DNA from: Blastocladiella emersonii ATCC 22665
Taxonomy: Eukaryota > Fungi > Blastocladiomycota
Assembly (NCBI GenBank): GCA_025594325.1
Contig: JANHCV010000004.1
Location: 1,922,001 to 1,986,000, forward strand
DNA: 64,000 nt
Reading direction: 5' to 3'
A program made the position numbers and the translations under genes. Shown in pieces: positions 58,301 to 64,000 of this stretch. Under the pieces are notes generated by a model. The model did no database searches. It worked only from the letters and a program-made list of their open reading frames with translations, and was not told the origin of the DNA. The stretch's first letter is position 1; every line of letters begins with the position of its first letter.

Positions 58301-59023
58301 ATGTCTGGCAAGAACATTCTCCGCTTCAAGTCGGCCTCGGACATCTCCGACTGGACGGCGACGGCGCACCCGGTCGAGGGCAAGCCGCTGGGCGAGCGCC
58401 GCAAGGTGCTGCTGGCGTACGACTCGTCGCGTTCGGGCGACTACGCGCTCGAGTGGGCGTTCGACGGCCTGCTCAAGGAGGGCGAGGACCACCTGATCAT
58501 CGTGACGGCGGTCGAGCCGACGCAGCCGCTGGCGCGGATCCAGTACCTGACCAAGTCCGAGGAGGAGGTGCGCAACATCATCAAGCGGCGCCTCGAGTCG
58601 GTGCGCGCCGTCCACGACACGCTGTCGACGCTGTGCCGCAAGCGCAACATCTCGGCCCAGTCGTACATTCTCGAGGGCGACGCGCGCGACGTGATCCTCG
58701 ACGTGGCCGAGCGCGCCCGCGCCGACGTGATCGTCATGGGCGCCCGCGGCCTCAACGCCATGCACCGCGCCGTGCTCGGGTCCTCGTCGCTCTTCGTCAC
58801 GCAGCAGGCCGAGGTGCCCGTCGTCGTCGTCAAGAAGCCCAAGAAGTCGGCCGACCCCGCCGCCAACAAGGACGACACCAAGGCCGCCGCCCCCGAGGTG
58901 CTGCCCCTCGAGCGCACCGACTCGCTCGGCTCGATGCTCGACTGGCTCTCGCTCAAGGACAAGTCGATCGAGAAGCGCATGCGCGAGTCGAGCCTGTCCA
59001 AGCAGGTCCTCGCCGAGGAGTAA
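58301..59023 (+). CDS. Universal stress protein (UspA domain)
   Basis: Intronless 240 aa; RKVLLAYDSS, EGDARDVILDVA, ADVIVMGARG and VLGSSSLFVTQQAEVPVVVVK. Confidence 0.95.
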   Translation: MSGKNILRFKSASDISDWTATAHPVEGKPLGERRKVLLAYDSSRSGDYALEWAFDGLLKEGEDHLIIVTAVEPTQPLARIQYLTKSEEEVRNIIKRRLESVRAVHDTLSTLCRKRNISAQSYILEGDARDVILDVAERARADVIVMGARGLNAMHRAVLGSSSLFVTQQAEVPVVVVKKPKKSADPAANKDDTKAAAPEVLPLERTDSLGSMLDWLSLKDKSIEKRMRESSLSKQVLAEE

Positions 59024-59909
59024 GGGCTGCCGCTGTCGCTGGCCGCTACCTGTACCATATTCCGCGGCACCCTCGATCGCCGCGTAGCTCACGCCCAAGT
59101 TTTGTCGTTGTTCTCGCTTGATTTGCTCGTATAAAAACACGTTCACTGCACATCCCTCCTCGTCTCAGTGTGCAGGAGTCCTGTTCCCGCGCGGCAACGA
59201 TGCCGAGCGGCCTCAGCCGCCCGCTGCCCTCATCAACCGACCATCAACACGACGAACGGCCACGGCCACGGCCACGGCGACGCAACCCCGCTTCACTCGA
59301 ACACGCACCAAACCGAGCGCTCGAGCCGATCATCGAGAAGGCGGCCCACGCTTTGCTTGTTTGCCATCGCCCGCCCTCGTCGACCCGAACCCTCGGCCCG
59401 CGGGCAATAGCCACCGTCGTCCCCATCAACCCGGCCATCGCCGAGGAGCGCACCCCGATCAAGGCTCGCTTCATCCCGACCGGCTGAACAAGTTCTCTCA
59501 TGCGCATGAGGCCCACGCACCGCGTCGTCTCGGAAGAACCGGAGCGGCAGCGCGCGGCGAACGCGGCGGCGCCGCCATGGAAGCGGGCTCGTTCCGCGGC
59601 GCGACGCCTGTGCTCGTCCCGTTGGGGCAGGTCCCGCGGGTATAAAGTGCCACCGAGGACCGCGCGCATCGCGGGCTTTCGCTCTGCGCTTTAAACAGCA
59701 TCGCGTACAGTACGTTGCCAGATGATGGAGGGAAGGGAGGAGATGGCCGACTCGCCCCAGCGCCACGGCCGCCATGTGGGCGCACTCGTCGCCGCCGCCC
59801 GCCGCCGACCGACGCCACCGCCCCTCCCCCGCGCTCCTCTCCTCCCGCCGCTTTCCCCCGTTCTAACAAACCCGGCGTAGACTCTCCGCAAACCACACGT
59901 ATCAACAAG

Positions 59910-60816
59910 ATGCAGATCCACACCCTCGCCGTCCTCGCCGCCCTGGCGACCGTCGCCTCGGCGCTGCCGCAGACGGCTGCCCCGACCGCCGGCGCCGCCG
60001 CGGCCGGCAACACGACCGCCCCCGTGGCCCCGCGCCCCGCTGTCGGCGGCAACGCGACGGCTGGCGGTATGGGTGCGGCGGGCGAGGGTATCGCCAAGTG
60101 CTTTGCTGCGTACGTCGTTCGCTCGCCCCTCTTGCTGCGGTGCCGTGCCGAGCGCTAACCTTGTATGCCCATGTAGCCTCAAGCTCGACACGTGCCTGCC
60201 GAGCCAGACGACGGACCTGGACACGGCCAACGAGGCGGACGCGGTCAAGAAGTTTGACCAGTACTGCTCGGAGACGTGCACGGCGGCGATGGGCGCGCTG
60301 ACCAAGGACGCGGCGACGGCCAAGTGCGCCGACGCGCCCGAGGTCGGCCCGATCATCTCGCTGCTGGCGCCGACGGTGCCGGCGCTGTCCAAGGCCGTGT
60401 GCCTCAAGGAGAACAACGCGTACTGCTACCTGACGATCGCCGGCGGGCTCAAGAAGGCGGGCATCACGGCCACGTCCAACATCACCCCCGACAAGCTGCC
60501 GCGCGATGTCGTCTGCAGCCCGTGCCTGCCCAAGCTCGCCCTCGCCGCCCAGGACGTCCAGGCCTCGCTCAACAAGTCGCTCGCTGACAGCGGCATGAAC
60601 GACCCCTCGATCGCCGCCGCCTTCAACCTCGGCGTCTCGTTCGACCAGAAGGACCTCGACTCCATCAAGCAGTACTGCGCCTCGGGCTCGTCGGGCGCCA
60701 AGCCCGGCGCGACAGCCGCTGGCAGCTCGGGCTCGTCCTCGTCCGTCTCGCACCTCGTCGGCCTCGCTGCCGCCGGCCTCACGGTCGTCGCCTCGGTCTT
60801 TGTCTCGGCCCTCTAA
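59910..60816 (+). CDS. Secreted Cys-rich protein with a probable GPI-anchor signal
   Basis: Exons 59910-60109 and 60177-60816. Signal peptide, about 10 Cys, Ser/Gly linker and C-terminal hydrophobic tail. TATAAA at 59641. Confidence 0.8.
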
Positions 60817-60931
60817 GCCTACTCTCTCCCCTCCTCTCAGTTGCACGCTTGCGCACGACGACGATAGACTTTCCTCCCATGGCAAAATAAAGCAAATGCA
60901 AGTGTGCACACACACATTTCTATTCAATACG

Positions 60932-62703
60932 CTAGACCGACTTGCGCACCTTCCACGCAGCGACGGGCATGCTCTCGAGCAGCCGCACCTCGGGGCGGAT
61001 CAGGCGCGCGAGGAGAACGAGGCCGATGACAAACGAGGCCGTGCCGACGACGTAGTACCCGTCGCGCTCCACGACACACGTGCCCGCAGCCGCCGCACAC
61101 GCGGCGCGGCCCGCGTCCGAGATACAGGCCTCGCCCGTGGCCGAGCACGTTGCGGACGACAGCCAGTCGACGGCCTCCAGCACGAAAAACTTGGGCCAGG
61201 TCCCGCCAAAGTTGGAGAAGGTGTTGAGCAACGTCATGTAGGTGCCGCCGATGATCGGGTCGGCGATCGACGAGAAGAAGGCGCCGAGGGAGACGAACTG
61301 GACCGTCGACGTAAACGACGATAGCACCGTGGTCACGATCACCAGCATCAGGTAGCTCGACGTCACGCCTTCCGCCGGGAACGCGCCGACCACCAGCATG
61401 CCGACCAGGGCGAACGCGAGGCGCCCGACGAACGCGTACAGCCACGGGCGCAGCGGGCGGGACCCGCTGCTCCACTTGGCCGCGTAGTAGCCGAACAGCA
61501 GCTGGAACGGGAAGTCGATGAGCACGGCAAGCGCGAGGTCTTCCTTCTGGATCCCCTTCTCCAGCAGCTTGAGCGCCGTCACCGCCTCGTTGCAGATGAA
61601 GGCCACCTTGGCGAACAGGAGCACCAGGATGAACTTGATCATGTCTGAACGTTAGCGCGCGTGTGAGTGCCACGATGAGTGCGCTAGCGAAGAAGGAAAA
61701 ACGTACGCGGCAGCTTGACGATGCTGTAGATGGTCTGGTACGTCGACTTGATGGTCACGTCGTGCTCGTCGGGGTCGACGCCCTCGTCCTTGAAGAAGGC
61801 GACCCACAGCGTCAGGCCAATGTAGAAGAGCGACCAGAACCCGAGGTAGGGGCCGAGCTGCAGCAGGCCCGCGTCCGACGGCACGCTGCGAATGTACTTG
61901 TTGCTACACGCGAAGGCGGTGGGTGAGTGCGGCGCTATCGGAAGGGCAAAGAGACGTCACGTACCAGAATTCGGCCGAGTTGAAGGCGAGGAAGATGGTG
62001 AACGAGAGAAAGTAGCCAATGTTGATCCCAATCGTCTGGCACGTTGACGCGAACTGCATGTTCTCGCGCGACAGCAGCGTCAGCGCCCAGCCGTCGACGG
62101 CAATGTCTAGACGCGGGTTGGAACTGAGTGAGCAAAGCGCACAGCATCGCGCGACGAGCGGGCAGTCGTACCCTGCGTCGCACACAGGAAGATGACCGAG
62201 AACCAGATCGCCGTGATCGCGTAGACGTTGATGCTCACAGCGTCGCCGCCCATGAGCGTGTCGATGTTGTTGCTGAGCCAGTAGAACATGACGCCCGTGA
62301 GAAGCTGGATCGGGATGATCCAGCTCTTGCGGCGGCCAATCGACTTGACGAACACCGAGTCGACGATGGGCGACCACAGCAGCTTCAAGCTGTACGGGTA
62401 CCCCGCGAGCGAGAAGACCGCCATGTCCGAGAACGACAGCTTCTGCTTGAGCAGGAACGGCAGCGTGCCGAACGCCAGCCCGACGGGGACGCCCTGCAGC
62501 ATGTACAGCAGAATCAGCAGCACGATGTTGCCCGCGTCGTTCTTCGGCAGGAAGCCAAAGTAGTAGTCGGCCGGCAACGTCGGGATGAAGGCGGACGGCG
62601 CAGCAGCATCCTTGAGCGGGACAGACTCGTCGGTCGGCGACCCGGCGCCGCCGGCCTCCTGGTCGCGCGCCTTCCGCCGCATGGTCGGAGTGTTGCGGCC
62701 CAT
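60932..62703 (-). CDS. SLC33A1: Acetyl-CoA transporter 1 (AT-1/SLC33A1, MFS), multi-exon
   Basis: Motifs LYMLQGVPVGL, YPYSLKLLWSPIVD, GRRKSWIIP, ATQDIAVDGWAL, ASTCQTIG and GGTYMTLLNTFSNFGGTWP across 4-5 exons. Confidence 0.95.
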
Positions 62704-62988
62704 GTGGGTGAGCAAGTGCGTGATACGTTGCAGGTCTAGCCGGTTGCGTGAAGCGAGAGAGAGCGAGGGCGGCCGCCGCAAGGGACGAACGAGTGCGAAC
62801 GAACGAGTGCCAGCGTGGCGCCCGCGGCAGAGTCCGCAGCGCCGAGGCGCCACGCGGATGGGAGTGGCAGGGATCCGCGGCGCGTCCTGAAACGGGACGC
62901 GTTTTTGCCGACGTTTCAGCCGCCTCGGGTCCGGCACTCGAGTTCGTCGTGGAAAAGAGTTGTATTGTCATGGTCTCGGTAAATAGGC

Positions 62989-64000
62989 TCAGATTCCCGG
63001 CTTGGAAGCCGACTTGGCCGTGAAATCGAGCCACGGCAACAGCCGCGCGGCCTTGCTGCGGTACTGCTTGTCCACGGCCAGAATGATCAGCGGGTCGAAG
63101 GCGGTCCCCGCGCACATCCAAAAGTTGAGAACTACATGTCGGAATGAGTCAGAGTTAGTTGTGCGCGAGTCGCGGTGGTTGTCGCAGCGTGATCGTACCT
63201 TGATCCATCCAGCTCGGTACACGCGTCCCCGTCCCCGTCGAGTGCACGAGAAGTGCGATGAAAAAGACCCAGGTCATGCTGAACGGCGCAAACGTCAGGA
63301 TCCCGCGCCGCAGGAGCAGGGCCTCGGTGCGGAGCAGCGCGAGCTCGTCCTTGTCCTTGGTCGCGACCTTTTTCTTGGACGAGTTGGCGGGGGATGGCAC
63401 AACTGCGCTCGGGGCTGCGGCAGGAAGAAGCGCACGAGGAGATGGCGGCGCCGTAATCGTCGACGTCGGCGAGGTATCAGAGCTGCCCCCGTTACTGTGC
63501 GGTCCAGACGAAGCCTCGGACTCGGTCCACGGTATCCCGCGCGAGCTCGACGAGCGGAACATGTCGCGGAAGCGAGGCAGCTTGACCTGCTTCTCAGCCG
63601 GCCCGTTGTGCGCGCGGACCGACTTGAGGCGCCGGAAGTTGGACCGCAGCGTCACGATGATTCCGCCGTACGCAACTAGACACGCTTCGCGGTCAGCCAC
63701 GACGAGTGGGCAGCGTGAAATGGCGTACCGATGATGGCGACGACGTTGATGATGATCAAGTTGATGGCGACGATCGAGAGCGCGAAAATGTACCCCGAGC
63801 TGTCGAACCCGGGACAGCAGTAGAGCCCCGAGTTGGAGATGACCGGGTTCGGCGCGACCGCCCAGTGGATTGCCGTGTTGGCTGCCCCGATGGCCCAGCT
63901 CAGGCCGCCTGCGAACCAGGCGAACCGGATCGTCATCTTCTTCATGACCACAATGGCCATGTAGCGCTCCATTGAAGCGAAGAATAGGACGATCAGGTAG
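62989..64000 (-). CDS. Class A (rhodopsin-like) 7TM GPCR, 5' end outside the window
   Basis: Introns 63676-63728 and 63132-63198. TM3 SMERY, ECL2 SGLYCCP, TM5 AY, TM6 FSMTW, TM7 AFDPLIILAVDKQYR. Confidence 0.75.

Noticed and set aside
1-64000. tRNA or rRNA genes
   Set aside because: No cloverleaf or rRNA-like conserved segments were recognised by eye; tRNAscan-SE/barrnap would be needed to exclude them.

Overview
Eukaryotic, very GC-rich, gene-dense DNA with short GT-AG introns (donors often GTACGT/GTGCGC). The gene content (fungal-type Cox7, PIG-S, RFT1, a centriole rotatin-like gene and a class A-like GPCR) points to a flagellated early-diverging fungus, probably Allomyces-like; this is an inference. 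The flanks (about 1-23.4 kb and 39.5-64 kb) carry intact intron-containing genes: a PDK/BCKDK-like probable pseudokinase, a ~1620-aa membrane-anchored decapeptide-repeat protein, SPF45/RBM17, rotatin-like, glutaredoxin, two Kex2-type repeat-peptide precursors next to a full ABCB transporter, a multi-TM lipase, PIG-S, a SIM-rich RING-H2 ligase, an ARM protein, an SLC25 carrier, Cox7, RFT1, a BTB gene, UspA, a GPI-type protein, acetyl-CoA transporter AT-1 and a partial opsin-like GPCR. The middle (about 23.4-39.5 kb) is a visibly less GC-rich accessory island of mostly intron-poor, decaying genes: an MLKL-like 4HB-pseudokinase pseudogene, a SNF2 relic, four F-box-like/ankyrin paralogs, a Helitron fragment and a TIR element with target-site duplication. 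The best candidates for novel biology are the SYHD(V/P)FFAY-KR peptide precursor locus and the giant bacterial/phage-like repeat surface protein. All exon models and family assignments were made by eye; no database searches were run.
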